Below are positions 53,129 through 64,000 of a DNA stretch of 64,000 nucleotides, one piece after another; the first letter of the stretch is position 1; every line of letters starts with the position of its first letter. Made by a program: the position numbers and the translations under genes. Source of the stretch: Mytilus californianus (taxonomy: Eukaryota); contig NW_026262723.1 of assembly GCF_021869535.1 (NCBI RefSeq), forward strand, positions 88,970,001 to 89,034,000. The letters run 5' to 3'. Below the pieces are notes generated by a model. The model did no database searches. It worked only from the letters and a program-made list of their open reading frames with translations, and was not told the DNA's origin.

Positions 53129-54507
53129 GTGAGTTTTAAAAAAAATGTAAAAAGGGCTTGTGCGTTACGAATCTTACACCATAAAGAGTACTATAAAATA
53201 GATATAGGCTAAAATGAAAAAGGCTAGCCCAATATTTTTGTTAACAGTTTAATGTCACTTTGATTTTGGGCTGCTGTCTCATTGAAAAATACACTTCATT
53301 TTAAACATTTGTTTTATTTGGTTATCTACCTTCCATTGATATATATCAATAGGATCACGTCTTCGAAGAACGCGTGCCATAATAAAAAAAACGGAGCAAA
53401 TTGACATATGAGTCAAATCTGGGTGATGTAATGTTGTTGTTGATGGTTAAAAAATTAGCTGGTCAGTGGTCTTTACTTATTTTTATTTTAATTTATTCAA
53501 CAGCAGATAATAAAACCAAACAAACAAAAAGTTAGAAAATGAGAAGATACCGAGGAAAATGATAACCCCATAATCAAAAGAAAACCAAACTAAAATAAGG
53601 ACAACAGTCTAAGAATTACAGTAAACATCTGAAAATTCGGAAATTTTGTGGGCGAAACACGACTCTGGATTCTTTGAAAGTGTGAATAAAAATGAATGTT
53701 AACCGACTTAAACATATAATGCAAACTGTTAGGACACCTGTCAATTGTTTATGTGCAAATTTCGTTTCTTTTGTTTGGTAACTGTCTCATTGATGTACAA
53801 AATTTATCAGTTTTGAGATGAATTTGCTCACAAAATATTGAAAAATATAATGATTGCTAGGCAAACATTTGTAATGCAAAGTGTAAAGGAATAATGACTA
53901 AGATGAAAACAACATATTATGGAGAAGTGAAATACTGAACGACAATTATCTTTTATACAAAGATAATGGAAGTCGTACATAAAAAGGCAAATTTCTGTAA
54001 AAACTGACCATCTTTTACCCTAGTTTGGCCTGTAATGGACAGCTGTTTCGAAAAGTGCGTTCACAATTAATGATGGGAGTGCGTCATACTCCAGGTATAG
54101 AAAATATTTCAACCATATTCAAATAAATGTCCATGTTTGGCATTGCTTGGGAGTTTTTTTTTTCTGATGTTAACAAATTTTGAATACAAAGAATGATATT
54201 GTCCTTCGTCTATCTATCTACCACTGTCCAGTTTCTTGTCAAGTTAACTCTGTGTATATAAAAGTATCTGTTTATTCCTTTAATAAAAGTTTTATTCTGA
54301 CGGTTCAGGTAACATCTGGAACATTCAAGGGAATGGTGATATCTTTATACCACATGCTTGTAATCATTCAAATAATTGTTACTCCCGAACAAATGTGTCA
54401 TGATCTTGGCCTTATCAATATTTTGAATGATTGATTAACGGATCGATCATTTGTGTTGTTGGCCAGGTTTTGTTAATCTTTGCCTTAAAATACTTTTTTT
54501 ATTACAG

Positions 54508-54630
54508 CCACAAGAGAGGCATCTTTTGTTCAAGCAATAACCGCAGCTGGACTTATGTATGCCGTAACGAAGTATTGTAGGTCAGAGGAACAGACCTTAT
54601 GTTCATGTGATCATACAAAACGGGAACCAA
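54508..54630 (+). CDS. Diverged Wnt8 paralog, exon 4 (TREASFVQAITAAG...YCRSEEQTLCSCD)
   Basis: ATTACAG| acceptor and A|GTAAGT donor; 123 nt, phase 1 to 1. Not in the ORF track. Confidence 0.88.
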
Positions 54631-55437
54631 GTAAGTTTGTTCTTGTGATATTACATGCTTTTTCTTCTACAGTTGTTTTTGAAGTATCATAGTTCGCATT
54701 ATATGCGATGCGAAGCTATCATAAGTTTATCATTGAATTAATAAGCTATTTATTTAAGGCAATATGAAATAGACAACAATAAGAGATACACGCAACAAAA
54801 ACACACGATAAGAAAGGTACGTATTATTTTAAAATAGACTTGAATGTTATGAAAAAAATAGAGATGTAAAGGACCTACATCACAAAGGTAAAAATCCAAA
54901 TTTAAAATGACTAATTTTCAACAAATTCAATAATTATTTACATGAAAACGATACATGTAAGTCCTTTTACAATGACCGAGACTGGTTCTTACAATCCGGT
55001 TAAGATATAACGAGCATGCTTTTACAATTATTAAAAAGCATTATCAACTCTTCAATTCTTTCTATTAATGCTTTTAACAATTGTTTGGATATACTTTTGG
55101 TCCGTTTCGGTTTTATCACCTCTTCAAAGTTTGTATGATGTTTTGGTTCTTCAAATATTTTGACATTTAGCAGCACTGAAGAGACATTAATTGTCGAAAT
55201 GCACTTTGTGTGCAGTTACATTGGTACCTTTTATGTTATATTATGTATAGTTGTATAAACCGGTTTACAAATAATCTTTTATAAAAAATTATTTTGAAGT
55301 TTTGTCAAATCTTAATTTAAACATAGTTCACAAATTGTTTTATTATAAGTTTGATTTCACACACAAAGCAACCAAACTGTATTTCATGTTCTCACAATAA
55401 AGCTTCTATTTTGAAAAAAAAACATATATGTATACAG

Positions 55438-55583
55438 GTCAAAATTCAGGAATGGTTTGGGGAGGCTGTAGTGATAATATAAAATTTGGGATAAAGTTTA
55501 CACAGCAGTTACTCAACAAGATGGACCCTGGAAACGATTCAAATGCAGCAATGCGACGTCATAATTATAAAGTCGGACTAAGA
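55438..55583 (+). CDS. Diverged Wnt8 paralog, exon 5 (VWGGCSDNIKFG...AAMRRHNYKVGLR)
   Basis: TATACAG| acceptor and AGA|GTAAGT donor; 146 nt, phase 1 to 0. Confidence 0.88.
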
Positions 55584-55958
55584 GTAAGTGAGACAATATA
55601 CATATTTAGTCAATGCCACAATTGAAAGCGGTTATATTTATTTTCGTGTAATATATTTAAATGTATCAAAGTTAAACGCTGAAAAGCAATTAAATCCCAA
55701 AAATTAAACAAACAAGCAAAATCATGTATACCTCGTTCAAAAAAAGTTAAAAACGCAAAAGTCAACAAAAAAATTCTGTGTATGAGTTTTTTAATCTTGT
55801 TGAGAAGTGATTAAACATTAACACAATGAACCTCGAACAAGATAAAGATACAGTGGTACTAGCTCATTATTTAACAAAAATTAAGTATTAGTATACCTTG
55901 TGGCAACATTTTTTCCCTCATCTCACTATAACTTTAATTTTACCATCATGTTTAACAG

Positions 55959-56252
55959 GCAGTCTTGTGGAGTGCAAAATTGGATTGTGTATGCCCTGGT
56001 ATTAATAATAACTGTGCAACCATGAGAGTATGCTGGAAACAAGTTTCCATCTTCCGTGATATTGGAACTTTCTTAAAAGAACTATATACACATGCACAAT
56101 TTGTTAAATATCTGGATAAACAGCTTTGGTTAGAATACTATGGTGGAACTCGTGAATTGATTTTAAAGAAAGAACTAGCATACTTGCAGATGTCACCAGA
56201 TAGTATCTACGTACCACCAATCTTCAAAAACAAAGGTAAGAATGGCGGATAA
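55959..56252 (+). CDS. Diverged Wnt8 paralog, exon 6, truncated and lacking the acylation Ser (281-aa product, or a pseudogene)
   Basis: TTTAACAG| acceptor; CVCPGINNNCATMRVCW replaces CKCHGLSGDCSIRTCW; FRDIGTFLK and LAYLQMSPD align to Wnt8; stop at 56250-56252. Confidence 0.82.
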   Translation, partial: AVLWSAKLDCVCPGINNNCATMRVCWKQVSIFRDIGTFLKELYTHAQFVKYLDKQLWLEYYGGTRELILKKELAYLQMSPDSIYVPPIFKNKGKNGG

Positions 56253-56899
56253 TATATTATTAGTAACTCCCAAAATCCTCTTGAAATCACGTGTCTCTTT
56301 TTTTAATCTCCTTTCCATGATTGTAAACAGTTTAAATTAATTCAGACCGAAAAGGTATAGGACGCTTTACTATTGAGGAAACAAAATATACCACTTTTTG
56401 TAAGAGTAAAGTCATTGGCTCCCTTTTAACTTTGCCACATCTCCCCTACAATACCCGCAAGCAGCCATCTCAAAATTTTCAATATATCATATAATAACCG
56501 GTCGAAATCTGGAATCCAATAAATTGTTTGTGTTTCCTATCAAGGTAGAGTTAACTGGTAATTCTGATAATGTTTAAAAATAAAAGTAAAACTACTATAC
56601 CGATTTCAGTGTGCACAACACATATTTCTGGTATGACCGTCAACTCTTAAAACAAACAAAAATGGGAACCCAAATATATTAATAGTTTCTATGAGCATTA
56701 AATCCAAATTGGGGGAATTCAAGAAAGTAGAAATTTTATTTTTGATATATTTATAAAATCTATAAGCTGTAAATGGGGAGATGTGGCAGGAACCATTATC
56801 TTGCCCATGAAATTGGAAAAAGTAAAAATCGTCCATACTTTAAATCATGTTGATTCATGAAGAGATAAAAAGAGGAATCCGGAACAATCGTAGATCTGT

Positions 56900-57420
56900 T
56901 TAATGTTCCTTTTGGAATATCAACCAACTTGAAAATAAAACTAGATCTTCATTGACTTTGCTGGATATCCAAATTACTCTATAGTTCTAACAAAAAAGTT
57001 ATAATGCTAAGCCAGATATAATATTTGTATGAGAAAGGAAAAATCTTTGTAAACCCCTCTGATTCAAAAACATTTTTTTTAAACTGACATCATCAAGATG
57101 CTTGATGTACTTATTGACACCATGTTTGTTATGTTTGAAGGGCGTGTTTTTCAACAAGCAATATGAATCCTATGTTACCCAAGTATTGCAAACTTGTTCT
57201 TTTATTCTAATGAAGCAAACTTGAGCTTCTGTAGAAAAATAAAAAGTAGCCAGCATTAACCATAACGCCATTTTCCGCTATACAGATGATGTTCTTTCAC
57301 TTAATAAATCAAATAACTTTGTAACTATATCAATTGCATTACAACGATTGATATCTTAATTTTCATCTAGAAATTTACAATGAGAGTCGGTTGATAACCA
57401 CTATTTTCTTGATAGAGGGC
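56900..57420 (+). mobile_element. Highly decayed Penelope-like RT fragment
   Basis: Frameshifted IIKMLDVLIDTMFVMFEGRVFQQ and FRYTDDVLSLN remnants. Confidence 0.6.
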
Positions 57421-59508
57421 TATTAAAAATAATGAATTAAACCACCTCGGATTTTTTGTCACGGCCATAGCTAGTTTAAGTTTTATTGATATGTCATTAA
57501 CGTACAACCTAGCAATTCCATAAAAAGAGAGCGTCTTATAACGAGTGGACAACAAAGACAACGTATAAAACGTCCACAATAGAAAACGTCTGTTTTTATA
57601 TAATTGGCCGTCTTCCTAATCATGGCATATATAGAACAGATTTGAGTTTACATTGCCATTTTGGTTTGTACTGGTTGTCTATCTAGTTTATTATTCTTCA
57701 ATTACAGTAATGTTAAAGACATATCAGAATCTTGTAAAGATGTTGAGGATTGTTAAGTTGACTGATCAGCACTGGTAAGTTCACCGTGTGTGTTATATTC
57801 ATATATAAATATAGTTCTGATACAAGGATGATAAATTCACATACGTTTGTCAAAAGAAGATACCAATGGAACTCATTCTAATAAGTCGAAGACAAACAGA
57901 CACCGTCATGGAAAAATTTACAAAAGTCTACAAAACACAAGAAAACTAAAAAATGAGCGACACGAACCCCACTAGAATCTCATCTTGTTGAATTTTTTCA
58001 TAGTTTTCATTTTCACTTATACTGACGACAAACATGTATAAAACCCTTGAAATGCATATTTATTTGATTAAGGGTTGCTGCGTTTAATAAACGTATTGAA
58101 TTAAGGATTCTAAATTGTTACGTTGAAGTCATCCCTTTGAAATTTTCACCGACTTTAACAAAATAGCCATAGGCAAGTTCCAATTGTGGTAGCACTAGTC
58201 TCTTTTTCCCGATTGTTACATAAACGAGTTTTAACTTGCAGGGAACAACACGAAAGGGACACTTTTTGACCAGGGACTGCTTACTCTTGATCATCTTAGT
58301 TTTCCCTAGTTTTGTTTTAAAGAGGTTCTGTTTCTTTTGCTTTAGTTTTGAATGTTGTATGTTATGCGATTTTATTTTTTAATGTCTGTGCTGTCCCTTC
58401 TGGTATAGGTTTAGTATTGTCTGGAAAATCATATGTTCAACCTTTCATATTAGGTCAGGTTGTTGGGTTGGATAATTTACATGACCAATGGCTAATGAAT
58501 TTGGTGATATCTTGGTTTCAGACAAGAATCATTCACAGTTCAGTTACAAGATTTCTGTTAGCTCTCTCACCAGATATGAAAAATCAATGTATTTTACAGG
58601 TGTAACATGGATGACGTATGTAACAAGAGGATCAGGAGTACCAAAGTTTACCTCTATTTTCGGTGAAGTGGAGTTTTTCAATTTAGGCTTTCCGTTAATT
58701 TTTTTCAAGGGTGTTGTTTATCTTTTCGATGTTTTTACTCTGGTCATGGTGTAGTCAGTTTTTCGTCAATTTTGGATTTTTGGTTGCCACTTGGTACCTT
58801 TTCCATTTTATTTTCTGATTTTAAAAGTAAAAAATACCACCGTAAAAAAGTCTTCTGTATAAAAATCAGGAGATGAGGTATGACTGCCAATGAGACAACA
58901 ATCCACCAAAGTGTATTCGTTTTTGGATTTCGATAAATGATGCTTCATCAAGGCTTAGTTCATTTCCCTTTTTCCTATCATACCACAACATTTAACTATT
59001 AATTGGTATAACACAAAGTTGTATGAGAAACACCTGCATCAAAATGTATCAGTCAGTGTTAAATTCAGACTTAGTTTGTATTAATGAAATGCTCAGTATC
59101 ATGAGAGACAAAATGTTTCCCGTTCTTACACCAGATTTATCTTAATACTGGGAAAAATACTTACAAATGACTACAACGCAAAAATACGGGCCACAGATGA
59201 GAAAAACAAATTCAAGCTTTTCCTGAATTACCCTGCATTATTCTATTTACATTTTATCGAAGAAAATATAACCGAACGCCTTGTATTCAATCATGTTTCC
59301 CTGGTATCTTTGGTGAGTTTTTGCATATGAATATGACATTGTGGTATATTTTTGATTTTCTATTTCATTGTTTCGATTTTTTACTTTCTATGGTATATGA
59401 TGTTTTAATTTGTATATGCAACACTCCGTTTAAAGTAAACAATGCATTATGAGAAAGTAGTTTCCTTACTTTGTCAATGTATTCCAACAATCAACTTTAT
59501 ATTTGCAG

Positions 59509-59590
59509 GATATTCGACCCGGCTTTGGTATTAGGCCCACTAATAGTATCTAATAATACCCGCAATGCATACTTTCTCACACGACTCCAG
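59509..59590 (+). other. Isolated exon resembling Wnt8 exon 2 (possible third paralog or relic)
   Basis: ATTTGCAG| acceptor and CAG|GTAAGT donor; phase 2 to 0 reading IFDPALVLGPLIVSNNTRNAYFLTRLQ, 10 of 27 identities to Wnt8 exon 2 with one 3-codon gap (manual alignment). Confidence 0.45.
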
Positions 59591-59673
59591 GTAAGTATGA
59601 ATCAAAGTAAAGCCATAAGATAAATTAATTTAGTTATGATAAAATTGGACTTTAGTAAGATGAAAGATGAAGT

Positions 59674-60030
59674 ATGAGTTGGTTGACCGTTATGGAATAA
59701 CCGTTTCACAGATGATATCGGATATATTCCTTATGTCGTTACTACAATCCCCTTCCCTTTCACGAATATGACCTACCGAATTAGACTATTTACAGGGTTT
59801 GTAATAATATGAACAACACATGTGGAGCAGGATCTGCTTACCCTTCCGGAGCACCTGAGATTACCCCCAGTTTTTGTAGGGGTTTGTGTTGCTTAGTCTT
59901 TAGTTTTCTATGTTGCGTCTTGTGTACTATAATTTGTCTGTTTGTCTTTTTTTTTGTTAGCGATGGCGTTGTCAGTTTATTTTCGATCTATGAATTTGAC
60001 TGTCCCTCTGGTATCTTTCGCCCCTCTTTT
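59674..60030 (+). mobile_element. Family D retroelement 3' fragment
   Basis: Reverse-complement match to 60920-61284. Confidence 0.8.
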
Positions 60031-60919
60031 AGTATTTGTAACATTGTTTCTACTGGCTGTAAAAAAAGAAACTGAATGAGCTCCAATAAAGTGGACCACT
60101 ACAACAGTTTAATGTGTTGTAAATAGGGACTATATACCATTTGTTAAAAACATAGGCCAACATGCACAGTTCGATCTGCTCTAAAGAGTAATTTTTTTAT
60201 TTTTTAGTTTGTAACTCCAAAACATTTCGTGAATACAACTTGATGATTCACATGTTGTAAGGATTATAAATTGATTTGGTTTCGATATTATGGTTTATAA
60301 TTAAACTAGGACCCGCACCATTCTTTTTGAGAAGCCATTTAAGGGAAACTTTACAGTTTAGTGGATAAATGTAAAGGTTTAGTAAATTAACAGCCTAATC
60401 GTTTCAAAAGTTAGTTAGTTGTTTATGACTCATGTTAAGTTTGCTATTTTGACGTATTGGGAAACATCTATATTTGGTTATTCTCTCAAACAGGGTTTTG
60501 GAAACTTTATTGTTAGCATCCTGGAAATGTTTTCTAGTTATTGGTATGTCATAAAACAATCCGATTTAATTTTGATGACTTTCATATTATAATCACTTTG
60601 AAATATTGAAATAAACATTAGGACAAAGAATTTATGCATTTCCATCTTAGTACAAAGATTCATACAAGAAGAACTCAGAAAAAGATTTGTTAAATGTCTG
60701 ATATTTTTAATGGAGTATTTTAATGTCTTTGTTGAATACAGTTTACAAGTTTTCGAACAGATGATTTGAATTCCAATGTATCTGATGTTTGGAATGCTCC
60801 TGTAAGACTTTTTTTATTTCTCATGTATGGCACAAACAGATCAAATGAATGGAGGTATTTACAAGATTTTGTCTTGTTTAATTTGAGCTTCCCCTTTATA
60901 AATAGCCCAATGTGTTACT

Positions 60920-61737
60920 AAAGAGGGACGAAAGATATCAGAGGGACAGTCAAACTCATAGATCGAAAACAAACTGACAACGCCATGGCCAAAAATAAAA
61001 AGACAAACAGACAAATAATATTACAGATGACACAACATAGAAAACCAAAGACTAAGCAACACGAACCCCACCAAAAACTGGGGGTGATCTCAGGTGCTCC
61101 AGAAGGGTAAGCAGATCCTGCTCCACATGTGGCACCCGTCGTGTTACTTATGTAATTACAAATCCGGTAAATAGTCTAATTCGGTAAGTCACATTCGTGA
61201 AAAGGGAGGGTATTGTAGTTACGACATAAGGAACATATCCGATATCATCTGTGAAACGGTTATTCCATAACGGTCAACCAACTCGTGATGGCGTCCGTAA
61301 AATTTACGAAGGGATGACTTCAACTTCACCATTTGGAACTCTTGGTTTAATAGCTTCCTTGTGAGCAGCAATCCTCTATCAAGGAAATCATGATAGGAAA
61401 CACAAGCCCGGGAATATCGTATCAATTGGGAGATATATACTCCGTATGCAGGCGCTGCTGGAATGTTGATACAGAGAAATGGAAAGTTCACAATTGGGAA
61501 GCTGAAATCATCTCTTTTGTCGTAAAGTTTTGTTTTCAACAGACCCTCATTGTCAATTTCTAGATGTAAGTCAAGATATGAGGCAGACTTAACTGTATCT
61601 GTAGTATCCTTTATCTCTAGTTCGATGGGATAGATTCGTTCAACATAGTCACCAAATTTTGTATTATTTAGTGAGAGAACATCATCTATATAGCGGAACG
61701 TAGAGTTAAAGGATATTGCTAACTTCTTATCTTTCTA
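60920..61737 (-). mobile_element. Young 5'-truncated Penelope-like RT retroelement (family D)
   Basis: Open frame FRYIDDVLSLNN...SYLDL...KTKLYDKRDDFSFPIVNFPFL...PAYGVYISQLIRYSRAC...KFYGRHHELVDRY with an intact YIDD catalytic motif, followed by the 3' tail. Confidence 0.85.
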
Positions 61738-63374
61738 AATTATGAGACTATATACGTATAGACTATATACGTATTTTTTCGTGTTAATAAAATGGACACT
61801 GTGGAACCTTAAAAGATCATGACAATCTTAATGCCACGGCCATTATTCAGCATATGTAGACAAATTATCGTGAATAAATAACAGCTAATGATGTTCAAGT
61901 ATTGATTATTAGAGATCTGGTATCGGATCGTAAATAGGAAATATTATCGGATGTTGTCACTTTTATGTGATCAGCTTCTGCTTCAGTTTCAAATATAGCA
62001 TTCAAACTATGAATAGACACGTACATCTCGAGCTATTTATACCTTTGGGACAATTTTACAGAATTTCAAAATTGTCTAACTTTGTCATTTCTGGCAACAT
62101 GAATCAAGGAGTGGTTCCGATTTTTGGTCATTGACACCTCCAACAGTTTCATAGTCAGATGCATGATTTCGTAGAACTTTTATTTACATATTAGGCATGT
62201 GCATCTCCTACATAATGTTAAATAATGTAACCCGACCATTTGACGTATAAATAACTCTTGGTAACTGATAGCAAAAAATGCAGATGCGTACACATTAAAA
62301 ATTTCGAGACCCCAATCAGCTCGCATCTTGGCAAATGCAGATATGAGGACACTTATGTTTCGGCTAGGTAAGCCACCTCAGGTTTCTCACTTGGGTGTTT
62401 GTTATCATTACGTTTGACGTATAAACCGGTCTAGGTGTCACACACCATGGCATGAATCATACGCCAACGGTCAGACAGAGCTTAAAATATAGACTACAAA
62501 TAAACAAATAAAAGTAAAATATACATGAAGCCGTTTTGGCAGCCCTAGTAGAAAAATCCTGCTGTGGTCAATTTTCATCAAAACAACATCGAATAAAAAA
62601 ATTCATTTACTTCGCTTATTCGATACTGCAGATATGAGGACCGTTATTTTTCTGCTAGAAAAACCCATCGAGGCCTATTATCTTGGGTGAACATGTTTAC
62701 GTATATATACAATAAGTATAAACTTGATATTTCACACACTATGAAAGTAATAAAACTATTACATTATAAAACGCATTTTTCCTTTATGATTAAACAGGAT
62801 TATGTGTTTTCTTAAATCGTACTGTATTTGTTCTTTATCTTAGTAGGCAGTTTTATGACTAATACCACAAAAGATTTACTGCAAATTTTAGTTTTTTTTT
62901 TTATTTGTTTCGCCATTGAATAAAACACCACATTTTTTACAGATTTTAAAGTTGAATTGTATGTAATTGTCTCAACTTGCTGATCACATTTCTTGACAAC
63001 AGTTACATTTTCATGCATGATTATTTTTGTCGTTATAACGAATACAAAACATTATGATGACCGTGATAGTTTCGTTTACAGAACAATAAACTGAGATCAC
63101 TAACGCATTCATACATCCACTTCATAATACCACAAAAAGTTTCTTTCCATCTTGTAATGACTGAACAGTGATCTTACTTATAGATATTAAAAGCATCATC
63201 AAATTAACTGCTCAGTTAAATTATATTCTGTAAAAATTGTTATAATTTTTCAAAATAACACCGAAACCAAAACACATTGGTATATTGCTTTAAGGTGAGT
63301 TAAATTCTTCAAGGTTTTTGCCAATTTACGTCCTGATTGAAATGGAGACTTTTAAAAATATAACTTTTATTTAA

Positions 63375-64000
63375 TTATATCCCCCTTAACGAAGTGGGGT
63401 ATTCGGACCAATTTCTTCTTCTAACCAAATAATGAATATCAACGAAACTTTCACATCTTCTTTATGACGTACTGTACCTGTTCATATCCTATTCTACTTT
63501 CTGATCAGAATGATTTCTGAGGTTTCCCGCACAAAGTCATAGACTTTCATAATATGCGCTTTCATATTAGTATTATTACATCTCCCATCTGCAACTCATC
63601 CTAAACAGGTGATGGAACATTTTATATAACTTTCAGTGACATAATGCCTTTGTGCTTTTAGATTCGAATCATTGTTAGGGTTTCCTTAACGAAAGCATGG
63701 ACGATTGTTTAATGGGGTGAGGGGTCCAATCAGTATCTGCAACTCTTACTAAACCGCTTATTGCTATTAATTGAAACAATCCCACAATCATAACCATTCA
63801 ATGTTATTGGGTACCTCCCATTTTGTTTTTATCTCAATTATTCTTGGGGTTTCCCGTGTAAAAGCATGTACTTTACATAGGGTGGGGTATCATTTTGTGA
63901 TCCTTGCTAACATAACCCGTAGTTTTGTATTAAATTCGTCTGTATGCAGATTCTTTATGCATTCAAATATTTGCAATCAAAACCTTATAGAAACGTCGAG
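63375..64000. mobile_element. Possible Helentron-type element start, cut by the window edge
   Basis: CCCC-TTAACGAAGT-GGGG hairpin-like start followed by degenerate repeated GGGTTTCC...AAAGCATG...GGGG blocks. Confidence 0.3.

Noticed and set aside
58488-58754. ORF as an alternative last exon of the paralog (phase-1 acceptor near 58520)
   Set aside because: No Wnt similarity or cysteines, and its 3' half runs into retroelement-tail-like sequence; only RNA data could revive it.

Overview
AT-rich eukaryotic genomic DNA with spliceosomal introns. The repeat landscape looks like a mussel-type bivalve (inference only). Genes found, left to right: (1) a two-exon class A neuropeptide-type GPCR (+, 1679-6342); (2) a carbohydrate sulfotransferase coding exon (+, 21346-22449); (3) a complete six-exon Wnt8 gene (+, 25353-35599); (4) a three-exon antisense gene nested in Wnt8 intron 3, encoding an unrecognised secreted prepropeptide-like protein (-, 31887-33238); (5) a tandem, strongly diverged Wnt8 paralog (+, 47522-56252) with intact splice sites and reading frame that has lost the palmitoleoylation serine and the whole C-terminal cysteine-rich domain; (6) an isolated exon at 59509-59590 resembling exon 2 of a third paralog. 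The candidate promoter and first exon of the diverged paralog are themselves tandemly duplicated. The rest is satellites, microsatellites, decayed Penelope-like RT retroelements, TTAA-flanked MITEs and a Helentron-type element carrying a dimeric satellite. Exon structures were derived by hand from splice signals and reading phase; no alignment or database search was run.
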